In this document: positions 1-10,296 of the stretch, one piece after another | How positions within the stretch are numbered: the first letter of the stretch is position 1 | Layout of the letters: each line of letters begins with the position of its first letter | Origin: an uncultured delta proteobacterium | Lineage (GTDB): Bacteria > Desulfobacterota > BSN033 > UBA1163 | DNA: 64,000 nucleotides | Direction of reading: 5' to 3' | Assembly: GCA_963827685.1 (NCBI GenBank) | Contig: CAWHBU010000002.1 | Coordinates: 576,001-640,000 of the forward strand | Notes under the pieces: generated by a model | The model's database searches: none | What the model was told of the DNA's origin: nothing | What the model saw: the letters and a program-made list of their open reading frames with translations, nothing else | Position numbers and translations under genes: made by a program

Positions 1-1686
1 AAAAGGTATCTAAGAAAAGATGCCACGGGTCAGGTTATTGAATCTCCTGATGAGATGTTTCGGCGTGTCGCCGTAAATATCGCAGAAGCAGAACGCTTTT
101 ATAATCATCGGACCTCTACTGAAGAACTTTCCGAGATTTTTTTTCGGATGATGGCATCCTTAGATTTTCTTCCTAACTCACCCTGTCTGATGAATGCAGG
201 GAGAGAACTCCAGCAGTTAGCTGCCTGCTTTGTCCTTCCCATAGAGGATTCCCTCGATGCGATCTTCGAAACCGTAAAACAAACAGCCCTTATCCATCAA
301 AGTGGAGGGGGAACGGGTTTTTCATTCAGCCATCTGAGACCGAACCGTGACACGGTTCAATCTACAGGAGGAGTCGCAAGCGGCCCCACTTCATTTATGA
401 GGGTATTTAATATGGCGACAGAGGTCATCAAACAGGGAGGGACGAGAAGAGGGGCGAACATGGGGGTGTTGAGAGTCGATCATCCGGATATCATAGAGTT
501 TATTACCATTAAGAAAAACCCGAATGAGATGACAAATTTCAACTTATCCGTGGGGATAACCCAAGAGTTTATGGAGGCTCTTGAAAAAGATGGTGAATAT
601 AGCTTGATTAATCCGAGGACTAAGAAAGAGGTCGGTCGCCAGAAGGCGAGGGAAGTATTCGAAGCCATCGTGAATGCAGCCTGGGAAACAGGGGACCCGG
701 GAGTTTTGTTTTTAGATCGGATCAATGAGGCCAATCCCACCCCACAAATGGGGGACATAGAGAGTACCAATCCGTGTGGTGAAGTCCCTCTCCTTCCGTA
801 TGAGCCATGTGTGTTAGGTTCGATCAACCTTTCCAATATGGTGACAGAAAGAAAAGGGAAGGGGGAAGTTGATTTTGAAAAGATTAAAAAGACGGTAAGA
901 GATGCAGTCCATTTTCTGGATAATGTTATAGACATGAACCAATACCCCTTGCCGCAGATCGCCCAGATGGCAAAAGGAAACCGGAAGATCGGTCTCGGGG
1001 TTATGGGATTAGCCCATTTTTTTATCCGACTGGGCATTCCTTTCCATTCGCCGAAAGCTTTGGAAGTGGCAAGAGGTTTGATGAGTTTTATTCAGCATCA
1101 AGCCAGAGAGCGATCCATGGAACTGGCTGAGGAAAGAGGAGTTTTCCCAAATTTCTTGGGTTCCATCTATAGCAGAAATGGGATGAGGTTGAGGAATGCC
1201 ACCCTGACGACGATTGCTCCTACAGGGACGCTCAGCCTAATCGCCAATTGCTCCAGTGGCATTGAGCCGATCTTTGCCATTCAATATATTCGAAGGGCCT
1301 TGGAGGGAATGGAGTTTCAAATGACCGACCCTCTCTTTCTTGAATTGGGGGAGAAAGAGGGATTTCTGAGCCGAGATCTGATGGAGTCCGTTTCGGAAGG
1401 GGCGAACCTCCGAGAGCTCTCCAATGTTCCCCAGCGTATTAAGGATCTTTTTATCACCGCTTTTGAGATCCCTCCCATCTGGCACATCAAGATCCAAGCA
1501 GCCTTTCAAGAGTATACGGATAATGCTGTATCGAAAACGATCAACTTTCCAAGAGATGCGACAAAGGATGACGTGAAAGAAGCCTATCTACTCGCTTACC
1601 GGGAAAAATGTAAGGGCATCACCGTCTATCGAAGCGGGAGTAAACCTACCCAGGTATTAGCCTGTGGAACGAAACAAGTCTGTTAA
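1..1686 (+). CDS. nrdJ: Class II (adenosylcobalamin-dependent) ribonucleotide reductase, 5'-truncated by the window edge
   Basis: Frame is open from base 1 (KRYLRKD...). Motifs PNSPCLMNAG, GGGTGF, RRGANM, TNPCGE, TTIAPTGT and a C-terminal Cys pair. Confidence 0.92.
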   Translation, partial: KRYLRKDATGQVIESPDEMFRRVAVNIAEAERFYNHRTSTEELSEIFFRMMASLDFLPNSPCLMNAGRELQQLAACFVLPIEDSLDAIFETVKQTALIHQSGGGTGFSFSHLRPNRDTVQSTGGVASGPTSFMRVFNMATEVIKQGGTRRGANMGVLRVDHPDIIEFITIKKNPNEMTNFNLSVGITQEFMEALEKDGEYSLINPRTKKEVGRQKAREVFEAIVNAAWETGDPGVLFLDRINEANPTPQMGDIESTNPCGEVPLLPYEPCVLGSINLSNMVTERKGKGEVDFEKIKKTVRDAVHFLDNVIDMNQYPLPQIAQMAKGNRKIGLGVMGLAHFFIRLGIPFHSPKALEVARGLMSFIQHQARERSMELAEERGVFPNFLGSIYSRNGMRLRNATLTTIAPTGTLSLIANCSSGIEPIFAIQYIRRALEGMEFQMTDPLFLELGEKEGFLSRDLMESVSEGANLRELSNVPQRIKDLFITAFEIPPIWHIKIQAAFQEYTDNAVSKTINFPRDATKDDVKEAYLLAYREKCKGITVYRSGSKPTQVLACGTKQVC

Positions 1687-1831
1687 GCAAAGCACGAAAT
1701 GCCAAGCACCTGCCTCCGCCGGAGCGGCTTCGCGCAGGCAGGCCAAATAACAAATAAATTCTAACCAAAGATATTTGAAATTGGAGTTTGGGGATTATTT
1801 GTGATTTGGGATTTGGAAATTGGGATTTAAG
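1687..1831. repeat. Inverted heptamer tandem array with a nested CCTGCC...GGCAGG palindrome (1709-1742)
   Basis: AAGCACG/CCAAGCA/CCAAATA units followed by complementary GATTTGG/GAAATTG units. Confidence 0.75.
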
Positions 1832-1833
1832 TC

Positions 1834-2016
1834 ATGTATCCTGTCGTCGATCAAGAAAAATGCTACGGCTGTGGGAATTGTTCCGAGATCTGTCCCAGCG
1901 AAGTCTATGAAATCGAGGAAGACAAATCCAATCCTACCCACCCTCAGGATTGTATTGAATGCTGGGCTTGCGTAAACCAATGTCCGTCGGGATCGATCCA
2001 ACTTTATGAGGATTGA
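1834..2016 (+). CDS. 2[4Fe-4S] ferredoxin
   Basis: Two CxxCxxCxxxCP motifs in 60 aa. Confidence 0.93.
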   Translation: MYPVVDQEKCYGCGNCSEICPSEVYEIEEDKSNPTHPQDCIECWACVNQCPSGSIQLYED

Positions 2017-2179
2017 CCCATTCGGCGGCGTCGAGGCCCGCCTTTAAGGGTGGGCCAAAGAAGCGCCGCTTCCTTCGGCAAGCTCAGGACACTGAGTCGA
2101 TCGAAGTGCAGGGTTAACCCCTGCCTGCGGCAGGCAGGCTGAGTCCCCGACCTTCAGATCGGGGAGTCGAAGGATTGAC
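2013..2179. repeat. TTGAC-bounded composite palindromic element (CCATTCG...CAGGGTTAACCCTGAG...GTCGAAGGA) with nested repeats
   Basis: TTGAC at 2013-2017 and 2175-2179. Same ends and central palindrome as the element at 2945-3057. Confidence 0.8.
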
Positions 2180-2218
2180 AGCACGCATCTTCCTTTCAAG
2201 TTAGTCCGTAAAAATCAC

Positions 2219-2247
2219 TTGAAAAAAGAGACTGACTTTCCTATGAT
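2219..2247 (+). promoter_or_regulatory. Sigma70-type promoter for the ispE operon
   Basis: TTGAAA-17 nt-TATGAT about 140 nt upstream of ispE. Confidence 0.6.
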
Positions 2248-2387
2248 GGAATTCGACATCTGATCTCACCTAAAAGATAGGAAATAGATATCGGGTAGGG
2301 TCCCGATTCTTCCGTGGCCGATGGGCGACTAAAATCGCTAATAGCCATATTCTCCTTGAAGGACGGGCAAAACGGAAGTTGATCGAT

Positions 2388-3353
2388 ATGACGAATTCAC
2401 TCCACCTAGAATCTCCTGCAAAAGTCAACCTAAGACTGGAAATCCTGAAGAGACGGGAGGACGGATACCATGAGTTGAGAACTGTTTTTCAGAAGATCAG
2501 CCTCCACGATACGCTCTATTTTTCTTTGAAAAAGGAAAGAGGTGTTTCCATCACGGCAGATCATCCCAAACTCCCCGTTGGAAAGAAGAATCTGGTTTAC
2601 AGAGCTGTTCAATCCATGTTGAAGGTATCCGGTTATAGGGGGGGAGTTCATGTTGAGATTGAAAAAAGAATTCCTATCGGGGCTGGACTCGGGGGGGGAG
2701 CAGTAATGCTGCCACCACCATGAAGGCACTGAATCAACTTTTAGAAATGAACCTGCCTGAGAAAGAGTTGATGGGAATGGGATTGGAGATCGGGGCAGAT
2801 GTTCCTTTCTTCTTTTTGAAAAGCGCTGCCATGGGCTCCGGGATTGGCGAACGGCTGAAAAAGGTAAAACTTCCTGATCTATGGTATGTTCTCATCTATC
2901 CCAATTTTGAGGTTTCAACGCGTTGGGCTTATCAACACTTCGTATTGACCCATTCGACCGCGCAAAACGTTAGTTTTGATAAAGGGGCAGAAAAGCACCG
3001 CTCAGGGTCAACCCTGAGCATGCACCAGCCTTTGGGCTGGGTAGCCGAAGGGTTGACAAATCAGCAATTTCATTTTAATCTTCATAAGTTTCTGAAGACT
3101 CCTGATGGAATTTCTCGCATTCTATTGAATCATTTAGAAGCAGTGGTTTCCGAAGAAATATCCTCAGATTGGCATCATGAAAAAAATCCTTCTTTCTGCT
3201 GGAGCTTTGGGCGCTATGATGACAGGCAGCGGTCCCACGGTTTTTGGGCTGTTCCCGGAGGCGAAGAGTGCAGCAGGGGCTTATGAAAAGATAAGAAAAA
3301 TGGTCGGAAGGAAAGGGTGGGTGGTTTTTAGAGCACATAGCATCATCGCATGA
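2388..3353 (+). CDS. ispE: 4-diphosphocytidyl-2-C-methyl-D-erythritol kinase; two apparent frameshifts (about 2691-2699, G-run; about 3150) and a 36-codon in-frame repeat insertion
   Basis: PAKVNL, GYHEL, KRIPIGAGLGGG|SSNAA, IGADVPFF, and a third frame giving KYPQIG...AMMTGSGPTVFGLF up to TGA at 3351-3353. Confidence 0.9.
2945..3057. repeat. TTGAC-bounded palindromic element inserted in frame in ispE
   Basis: TTGAC direct repeats are 108 bp apart. Core GCTCAGGG-TCAA-CCCTGAGC. Confidence 0.88.
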
Positions 3354-3394
3354 CGACTGGCCGTTGCGGGCCGAATAGGCAGGGTGGAGAACTG

Positions 3395-3452
3395 AGGCCA
3401 TACACCAGGCGCGACGGACGGCAAGGCCCTATACCAGGCACGATACAGGGCA
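3395..3452. repeat. Degenerate 29-bp tandem repeat (2 copies) upstream of spoVG, related to the GCCCTGTACC...GGTGCAGGGC palindrome family
   Basis: AGGCCATACACCAGGCGCGACGGACGGCA / AGGCCCTATACCAGGCACGATACAGGGCA; resembles 6388-6413 and 34251-34276. Confidence 0.55.
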
Positions 3453-3462
3453 AGGGGGCGTT

Positions 3463-3750
3463 ATGGAAGTGACAGAGGTGAGGGTTTTCCCCGTTCAGGA
3501 GGAAAGGCTCAAGGCGTACGTAGCGATCACCTTTGACCATTGTTTTGTTGTGAGGGATTTGAAAGTCATTGATGGAAATAATGGATTGTTTGTGGCAATG
3601 CCGAGCAAGAAAAGGAAGGATGGCACTTATAGGGATACCGCCCACCCCCTGAATAGCCAAACCCGGCAGATGATCGAATCCATCGTTTTAGCAGAATATG
3701 ATAAGGAAATTCGAAAAGCAGGTAACCCAATTTCAAATGCCAAGATCTAA
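3463..3750 (+). CDS. spoVG: SpoVG family nucleic-acid-binding protein
   Basis: MEVTEVRV...[10 protein letters not shown]...[19 protein letters not shown]. Confidence 0.95.
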   Translation: MEVTEVRVFPVQEERLKAYVAITFDHCFVVRDLKVIDGNNGLFVAMPSKKRKDGTYRDTAHPLNSQTRQMIESIVLAEYDKEIRKAGNPISNAKI

Positions 3751-3778
3751 TGAAATTTGACATTGTTTGATCGAAGAT

Positions 3779-3853
3779 TGGGGTGTCGTCAAGCGGTAAG
3801 ACACAGGTCTTTGGAACCTGGACTCGGAGGTTCGAATCCTCCCACCCCAGCCA
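3779..3853 (+). tRNA. tRNA-Gln (TTG)
   Basis: Acceptor stem TGGGGTG/CACCCCA, anticodon arm CAGGT-CTTTGGA-ACCTG, GGTTCGAATCC T-loop, encoded CCA. Confidence 0.97.
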
Positions 3854-3968
3854 AACTTTAAAGCATAGAGCATGGCGCATTGAGCACAGCGGAAAAAGCA
3901 TATTTCAATTCCTTTAAACGGTTTGCGCTCTGCGCTTAGCGAGTCTTTGATAAGGGGATGAGGCTCCT

Positions 3969-4942
3969 ATGAGTAAGAAAAAGGTAGTGATCAATCCAGG
4001 GCAGGATTTGAGCTGGTTAAGAATATTCACTGGAAATTCAAATACCGCCTTAGTGCAAAAGATTTGTGACCAGTTGGGGACCCCTCTTGGAAAATCTGTG
4101 GTGAGCACCTTTAGTGATGGAGAGATTCATGTTGAGATTGATGAAAGCGTGCGAGGAATGGATGTTTTCGTGATCCAGTCCATTTCTTTTCCCGTCAATG
4201 ACAATCTGATGGAGCTTCTTATTTTAATCGATGCCCTGAAAAGAGCTTCCGCGGAAAGGATTACCGCGGTGATGCCTTACTATGGCTATGCGAGACAGGA
4301 TCGTAAAGTTCTTCCTCGAGCCCCATCTCTGCCAAACTGGTTGCAGACTTGATCACGACCGCAGGGGCTTCTCGAATTCTCACGGTTGACCTTCACGCCG
4401 GTCAGATTCAGGGCTTTTTCAATATTCCGGTAGACCACTTATTTGCTGCCCCCGTGTTGTTGGATCACCTGAGGCAGCTTGGGAACGATATCGTCATCGT
4501 CTCACCGGATGCAGGAGGGGTGGAAAGGGCTCGAGCCTATGCAAAAAGATTAGAGGCTTCTCTGGCGATCATTGATAAGCGAAGAGATTCACCCAATGTC
4601 TCGCAAGTGATGAACATCATCGGAGATGTGAGTGGGATGACAGCCTTCTTGGTTGACGACATGGTCGATACAGGAGGGACATTGGTCCGGGCGGCTTATG
4701 CCGTGATTGAGAAGGGAGCGAAGACCGTCTATGCTTGCTGCACTCATCCTGTTCTCTCAGGAAAAGCCGTGAAGATAATCGCCGAGTCACCCATCGTAGA
4801 AATGATCGTCACCGATACCATTCCCCTCCGGGAGGAGGCCAAGGCGTGTCCAAAGATTAAAGTGATCTCGATATCCGGTCTCTTGGCTGACGCCATTCGT
4901 AGAACCTACGAGGATGAGTCAGTGAGTTGCCTGTTTATCTGA
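3969..4942 (+). CDS. prs: Ribose-phosphate pyrophosphokinase; apparent frameshift at C-run about 4321-4324
   Basis: [17 protein letters not shown]|[40 protein letters not shown] split over two ORFs. Confidence 0.93.
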
Positions 4943-4947
4943 ATCTC

Positions 4948-5018
4948 AAATTCCCCTCAATCCCCCTTTGCCTGCCTTTGGCAGGAAAAAGATACTAAAG
5001 GGGGACGAAGAGGGATTA
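4948..5018. repeat. CCCCCTTT...AAAGGGGG palindromic repeat with nested CCTGCC..GGCAGG
   Basis: Inverted repeat in the prs-rplY spacer; related copy at about 41715-41755. Confidence 0.6.
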
Positions 5019-5050
5019 GTATATTATTCTAATAATTAAAGGAGTGAGCC

Positions 5051-5713
5051 ATGGAAAGGCCCGTATTGACAGCAGAGATTCGGGAAGGGATAGGAAAGGA
5101 GAAGGCAAAGAAACTCCGGTTGAAAGGCCTGATCCCTGCCATTTTTTATGGACCAAGATCCCAAACCATCCCTTTGGTGATTGAATCGAAAGAATTAGCG
5201 AAAGCCCTCCAAACAGAAGCGGGGGAGAATGTCCTGATTGACCTCGACATTCGAAAGGGCGCTCAGTCAGACCGCAAGGTGGTGATGTTGAAAGACATTC
5301 AAATTGATCCTCTCCAAAGGGTAACCCTGCACACCGATTTTTATGAGGTGACCATGGATGAGATGGTCACGGTGGAAGTTCCTGTGCACCTGGTCGGGAA
5401 ACCTGAGGGGACCAAGGTGGGGGGCATCCTTGAGCAGGTCCGGAGGATGATCGAAGTCCAGTGCTTCCCCGGAGATATTCCTAAGAGCATAGATGTCGAC
5501 GTTAGTGCTTTAATGATTGGTGATTCGATTCACGTCCAAGATATTACAGTGGAGAAGGCAAAAATCGTTTCGGATACGAACTTTACCATCGCCACGGTTG
5601 TGCCTCCCGTGGCAGAAGAAAAGGTTGTGGAAGCAGTTGCTCCGGAGGCTGTTGAAGGGGCTGAGGTAAAGGAGAAGGAGGAGGAGGAAGCGGGGGAGGA
5701 GGAAAAAGAATAA
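5051..5713 (+). CDS. rplY: 50S ribosomal protein L25/Ctc
   Basis: IPAIFYG, HTDFY, acidic tail; between prs and pth. Confidence 0.96.
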   Translation: MERPVLTAEIREGIGKEKAKKLRLKGLIPAIFYGPRSQTIPLVIESKELAKALQTEAGENVLIDLDIRKGAQSDRKVVMLKDIQIDPLQRVTLHTDFYEVTMDEMVTVEVPVHLVGKPEGTKVGGILEQVRRMIEVQCFPGDIPKSIDVDVSALMIGDSIHVQDITVEKAKIVSDTNFTIATVVPPVAEEKVVEAVAPEAVEGAEVKEKEEEEAGEEEKE

Positions 5714-5719
5714 CCGAAT

Positions 5720-6286
5720 GTGAAGATCATCGTAGGACTGGGTAATCCTGGAGTCCAATATCGAATGAGCAGGCATAATATTGGATTTCAGGTAGTGGAT
5801 CATCTTGCCACCATCAACCACCTTTCTGTTCGCAGCAAACGTTTCAGATCCCTATACGGAACAGGATGGATCGATTCTCAGCAGATCGTCCTGTTGAAGC
5901 CAATGATCTTCATGAATCGGAGTGGAGAAGCGGTCAAAAAGGCGACCGATTTCTTTCACCTGAAGCTGGAGGATCTCGTCGTCGTTCATGATGATTTAGA
6001 CCTTCCTTTTGGCAGACTTCGTTTTAAACAAAGAGGGGGGGACGGAGGACATCAGGGAATTCGCTCCGTCATTGACAGAATGGGCGGAAATAGCTTTTTG
6101 AGACTGAAAGTGGGTATTGGAAGACCTCCCCAGGGGATGGATCCAGCCGAGTATGTCTTGGACGTTTTTGATAAAATTGAGCGGTCCCATTTAAATCAAA
6201 TCCTTTCCCAAGCAGCAGCATCTCTGAAGGTCATGCTTTTGGAAGGGCTTGGAAAGGCGATGAGTCAATTTCAGAAAAGGGGTTAG
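5720..6286 (+). CDS. pth: Peptidyl-tRNA hydrolase
   Basis: IVGLGNPG, RHNIGF, FMNRSG, HDDLD, GGHQG. Confidence 0.96.
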   Translation: MKIIVGLGNPGVQYRMSRHNIGFQVVDHLATINHLSVRSKRFRSLYGTGWIDSQQIVLLKPMIFMNRSGEAVKKATDFFHLKLEDLVVVHDDLDLPFGRLRFKQRGGDGGHQGIRSVIDRMGGNSFLRLKVGIGRPPQGMDPAEYVLDVFDKIERSHLNQILSQAAASLKVMLLEGLGKAMSQFQKRG

Positions 6287-6387
6287 TGGTTCGTTTCACT
6301 CTTTTGAGCTAAACCCGGCTCTATCTTGATCTTCTACTCTTGTGTAATGAAATAGGAGCCTTCAGCGAGACAAGCACCAAATTTCAA

Positions 6388-6413
6388 GCCCTGTACCTAG
6401 TAGGGTGCAGGGC
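6388..6413. repeat. GCCCTGTACC...GGTGCAGGGC palindrome inside a heptamer array
   Basis: Near-identical copy and context at 34251-34276. Confidence 0.7.
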
Positions 6414-6550
6414 AAGCACCGATTTCCAAATCATGACCTTAATCTCAATGACCCCAGGCACTTTATCAGACATATATTAAGATAGGAATCTACCGGAAAT
6501 ACACGCTAAGCGCTTGGCGCAGAGCGCACAGCGAGAGCAGGGGGGAATGA

Positions 6551-7645
6551 ATGGGTTTTCGATGCGGGATCGTCGGTCTTCCAAACGTGGGGAAGTCCAC
6601 GATATTTAATGCCCTGACTGCGGCCGGTGCAGAGGTGGCGAGTTACCGATTCTGTACGATCGATCCGAATATAGGCATTGTCCCCGTTCCGGATAAGAGG
6701 CTGGAAAGTATCGCCAAGTTGATCCATCCCAAAAAAATGATTCCCACCTCCCTCGAATTTTTCGACATTGCCGGATTGGTCAAAGGGGCAAGCAAAGGGG
6801 AGGGCCTGGGGAATCAGTTTCTGGATCACATACGGAATGTGGATGCAATTGCCCACACGGTTCGTTGCTTCAAAAATGAAAACGTGGCACATGACTTCGG
6901 TTCGATTGATCCGGTGAGGGATATTGAAGTCATCAATGTCGAACTTATTTTAGCCGACCTTCAGACCTTAGAGAGGAGAATGGCGAAGACAGAGAAGATG
7001 CATCGGGTAGGTGCCAAGGAGGCCGCCTTGGAGTTGGAGGTCTACCGAGATGTCCAACCCTTTTTGAACCAGGGCCGTAGAGCAGGGAACTTGCACGTGA
7101 CCGGCGAAAAAGAAGCGATCTTTTTGGATCTCCACCTTCTCACGGCAAAACCTGTTTTTTATGTCGCCAATGTTGATCAAAAAGAGCTCAGAGGAGAGGG
7201 GCTCTGTTTGAAGGCCATCAACGGGTGGGCACAAAAAGAGGGGAATAAAGTGGTCGTCATCTGCGGTGATCTGGAGGCAGAGCTTGGGGAATTGAAGGAA
7301 GAAGAGAGGGAAGAATTCAGAAGAGAGTTGGGTCTGGAGGGTTCAAGTTTGGAACGATTAGTTCAGGTTGGATATGAGACCCTGTCGCTGGTCACGTTTT
7401 ACACAACGGTCAGTTCTGAACTCAGAGCCTGGACCGTTTCAAATGGGACGCCAGCTCCCAAGGCGGCAGGGAAGATCCACAGCGATATGGAAAGAGGATT
7501 TATCCGCGCAGAGGTCATTTCCTTTTCTGATTTTATAGCCTGTGGCTCTGAACATATCGCGAGAGAAAAAGGACTTCTTCGCTCTGAGGGAAAAGATTAT
7601 TCTATCCGAGATGGGGATATCGTCCATTTCCGCTTTCATGTATAA
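6551..7645 (+). CDS. ychF: Redox-regulated ATPase YchF
   Basis: GIVGLPNVGKST, DIAGLV, GEGLGNQFL, IHSDMERGFIRAE. Confidence 0.97.
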   Translation: MGFRCGIVGLPNVGKSTIFNALTAAGAEVASYRFCTIDPNIGIVPVPDKRLESIAKLIHPKKMIPTSLEFFDIAGLVKGASKGEGLGNQFLDHIRNVDAIAHTVRCFKNENVAHDFGSIDPVRDIEVINVELILADLQTLERRMAKTEKMHRVGAKEAALELEVYRDVQPFLNQGRRAGNLHVTGEKEAIFLDLHLLTAKPVFYVANVDQKELRGEGLCLKAINGWAQKEGNKVVVICGDLEAELGELKEEEREEFRRELGLEGSSLERLVQVGYETLSLVTFYTTVSSELRAWTVSNGTPAPKAAGKIHSDMERGFIRAEVISFSDFIACGSEHIAREKGLLRSEGKDYSIRDGDIVHFRFHV

Positions 7646-7750
7646 ATAATTATTATAAACTTGAAGCACGAAATTGAAATGAATTAAGGGATTGCGAATT
7701 TAGGATTTTGGAATTAAATTCCCAAATTCCTAAATTCCTCAATTCCTGAC

Positions 7751-7853
7751 CGTCAAGTGCCCCTTGACCCCGCCTTGTAGGCGGGGTCAAGGGGCACAAT
7801 TAAAATGACATTTCCTTTCCGGGAAGCCCAGGCCTGTGGCCGGGGAGCTTCAT
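7751..7853 (+). mobile_element. Non-autonomous IS200/IS605-like mini element (two subterminal hairpins)
   Basis: CCCCGCCTTGTAGGCGGGG and GAAGCCC...GGGGAGCTTCAT end. Second copy at 35602-35706. Preceded by TGAC, no target duplication. Confidence 0.7.
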
Positions 7854-7885
7854 TCGAAATCCGAATTCAGGCGGAGCCAACAAGG

Positions 7886-8461
7886 ATGAGGTGCGTTCGG
7901 TATCTCTTCTATATGATTCCTATCCTTTGGGTTTTTCTCAAGGATCTGGTTTGGGAAGACCTTTCCTTAGGCGAGATTAGGACCAATTATCTTTTTGGAA
8001 AGGCCAATGCCTATGACCGGGCCAATTTTTTAAGGAGAGCGGTCAGGGTCTACAAGGAAGTATTAAGGAGAGATCCGAACAGCATTCCCGTTTTTTTGAA
8101 TCTCGGGGGGCTTTATTATCGCCGAGGCATGTTTGAGACTGCCATCCCCTATTATGAAAAGGTGATCCGTGCGAACCCAAAGCATTACCAAGGCCACTAT
8201 TGGTTGGCAATGTGTTTTTGGAGATTGCAACGATATCATGCTGCCATCAACACTCTGGAAGAGGTCATCCAATTTTTGCCGACCTTTAAAGATGCCCTCA
8301 ACCTGATGGGGGAGTGTTATGAACAAATAGGAGAATCAGCCAAAGCAGAACAATGTTATCTCAAAGCCATCGGTAGTGATCCCAATGGAATTATTATTCA
8401 TGGAGGCATGTTAGACAATTGGGCCCAAGAGAAAAAGAAGGAGGAGCGGATAAAACATTAA
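7886..8461 (+). CDS. Tetratricopeptide repeat protein
   Basis: Four TPR-like helical repeats (NLGGLYY, WLAMCFW, LMGECYE). The upstream ATG at 7805 lies inside a repeat. Confidence 0.8.
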   Translation: MRCVRYLFYMIPILWVFLKDLVWEDLSLGEIRTNYLFGKANAYDRANFLRRAVRVYKEVLRRDPNSIPVFLNLGGLYYRRGMFETAIPYYEKVIRANPKHYQGHYWLAMCFWRLQRYHAAINTLEEVIQFLPTFKDALNLMGECYEQIGESAKAEQCYLKAIGSDPNGIIIHGGMLDNWAQEKKKEERIKH

Positions 8462-8470
8462 AGATCGATC

Positions 8471-8659
8471 TCAAAAAGTCCCTTCACCTTTTTTTCTTTC
8501 CGAATTCTTCTTTGCGGCAGTAAATTTCTCTTCATCCATGATCCGGGGGGAGATGCCCTGAAATCCTCCCAAGTCGGCATCAGGAGGAAGCAGGATCCAG
8601 GCAATTCCTAATTCTTCATCGATCTTAACGATTTTGTCACCGGGTTGCAGTTTTTTCAT
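8471..8659 (-). CDS. Small hypothetical protein
   Basis: MKKLQPGDKIVKIDEELGIAW... with protein-like composition. Confidence 0.55.
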   Translation of the reverse strand: MKKLQPGDKIVKIDEELGIAWILLPPDADLGGFQGISPRIMDEEKFTAAKKNSERKKGEGTF

Positions 8660-9004
8660 AATATTCCATCTAATAAAAAATTGGTTTGCTCTTTCGTTTC
8701 TTTTATCTCCCATTTGGGAATCGATTTCAAGAGGTCAAGTGATTGGGTAGCTAAACAATTGGAATGGCTTCGTGAATTGAAAAGTGGAAGCGGATGAGAG
8801 GGAACAATATTTTAAGATCCGATGGGTGTCGGGTTGCTCGAAGTCAATTGAAGTATTTCATTTATGGCCGCCAAAACTTGACATCGTTTCGGTATCCCAA
8901 AAATGTCAATGAGAGCGGCATATTGTTCAAAATCTGACCATCTCTGTTTTGCCTCTTCAATAAAATTCCTTAAAAAAATCAATTAATAATAGGTGGATTA
9001 TCTC

Positions 9005-9020
9005 TGGCACAAAAAATGCT
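9005..9020 (+). promoter_or_regulatory. Sigma54 (-24/-12) promoter
   Basis: TGGCAC-AAAAA-ATGCT (GG-N10-GC) 60 nt before the ATG at 9081. Confidence 0.6.
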
Positions 9021-9080
9021 GCTTTTCTCTCGTGCGGGTTTAACCGCAGGTAAACACTTGATCAATTGGGAGCAGTTCAA

Positions 9081-10124
9081 ATGGTATATCACTTTGTAAT
9101 GTCTCTCATCATTACTGTCCTCTTGCTGGCCGAGGTAATACTGCCTATCATTTTGATATTGATCCTGGGATTATTGGTATGGCGTCTCATCCGTGAAAAA
9201 TGGATCAATAGAATTTTTGCGAGCCTTGTTTACGAGAAACACCCTTTTGTAAAGGAATTCTACGAAAGAGTGGGTCGTTTAGCTGAAGAGAAAGGAAATA
9301 AAGTTGTAAAGCCACTTGCCTATATTGCACTGATCTTATCCATTGCCCTCATATTTAGAACTCTGTGGCCATATGTATTCTATTACCATAGCGACACGAC
9401 CGACTCGTTTCTCAAGAATGGACTCCCTTGGATGTTTCTGTATATCGGATTGGTTTTTTTGGGTTTTGGGGTCTCCGCTTCTGTCATTTCGTCTTTACTT
9501 TTCATAAGGGAAACCAAGAAATTCGAGGTTTACAATAGAAGCATCGAGATTTATCTATTGAGTAAATACCTTGAGAACATCTTATACATCACCCTCGGAA
9601 TCGCCCTCATCATAGGGACGGTTTACGTATGGTTCTTTTTCCTGGAAAAGTTGGCACCCGTATTCAGTTACTTTGAGAATGAATCTGCATCGCTTGTAGA
9701 GCTAAAAGTTAACTTCGAAGAAATGTTGAAAACACTGAGCAGTTTATTAATCAGCTTTAGAGATCAATTTCAATACTGGTGCATCACGTCCTTTCTCATA
9801 TCCCTGGCAGGTTTTACCGTACCTTACATGTGGTTCAAGGGGAGACGATTTACTAAAATATTCCTAACACTATTCTTATCAGGAACAACCTTCTCTTACC
9901 TTGTCTCTTTTTTGGTTAAGAAATTTATCATCACTGAGCTGACTTGGATATTTGTCGCCGTGTGGACCTTTTCTGCGTTAATTACCTATATGGTCTTCCA
10001 CTTAATAAACACTATTTCGCTAAATAAAATCGTTATTTGTAGACATTGCCGAACAGAAAATGTCATCGATTCAAAGCACTGCAGCGAGTGCGGCAAAAAA
10101 CTTATTTTGGTCGCAAAGGCCTAA
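9081..10124 (+). CDS. Polytopic membrane protein with C-terminal zinc ribbon
   Basis: About 8 hydrophobic segments; terminal CRHC...CSECG; AT-rich. Confidence 0.75.
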   Translation: MVYHFVMSLIITVLLLAEVILPIILILILGLLVWRLIREKWINRIFASLVYEKHPFVKEFYERVGRLAEEKGNKVVKPLAYIALILSIALIFRTLWPYVFYYHSDTTDSFLKNGLPWMFLYIGLVFLGFGVSASVISSLLFIRETKKFEVYNRSIEIYLLSKYLENILYITLGIALIIGTVYVWFFFLEKLAPVFSYFENESASLVELKVNFEEMLKTLSSLLISFRDQFQYWCITSFLISLAGFTVPYMWFKGRRFTKIFLTLFLSGTTFSYLVSFLVKKFIITELTWIFVAVWTFSALITYMVFHLINTISLNKIVICRHCRTENVIDSKHCSECGKKLILVAKA

Positions 10125-10232
10125 TGGATAAATCAGAAAAATTCGACCGAGGGGGGGAGAGGGGTAACGTCTTTTGTATCTACAGCGCCAAGATGATCAT
10201 ACTTTAAAGGCGACCCCAAGAGATTAAAAACA

Positions 10233-10269
10233 AAGGACGGATTTGAAGTGCCTCTCCAAATCCGTCCTT
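10233..10269 (-). terminator. Rho-independent terminator
   Basis: 13-bp stem AAGGACGGATTTG/CAAATCCGTCCTT with a T-rich tail on the minus strand. Confidence 0.65.
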
Positions 10270-10296
10270 CATGATTAACTTCAATGTAATATTATC

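Noticed and set aside
4318-4352. Programmed frameshifting in prs (and xseA, ispE)
   Set aside because: No canonical slippery heptamer or stimulator; homopolymer sequencing error is the simpler explanation.
7805-7885. Longest-ORF starts for the TPR gene (also fabG 31404, dCMP deaminase 34363, NYN 42892, tlyA 61283)
   Set aside because: The extensions run through repeat DNA or upstream genes; downstream starts fit the RBS and family N-termini better.
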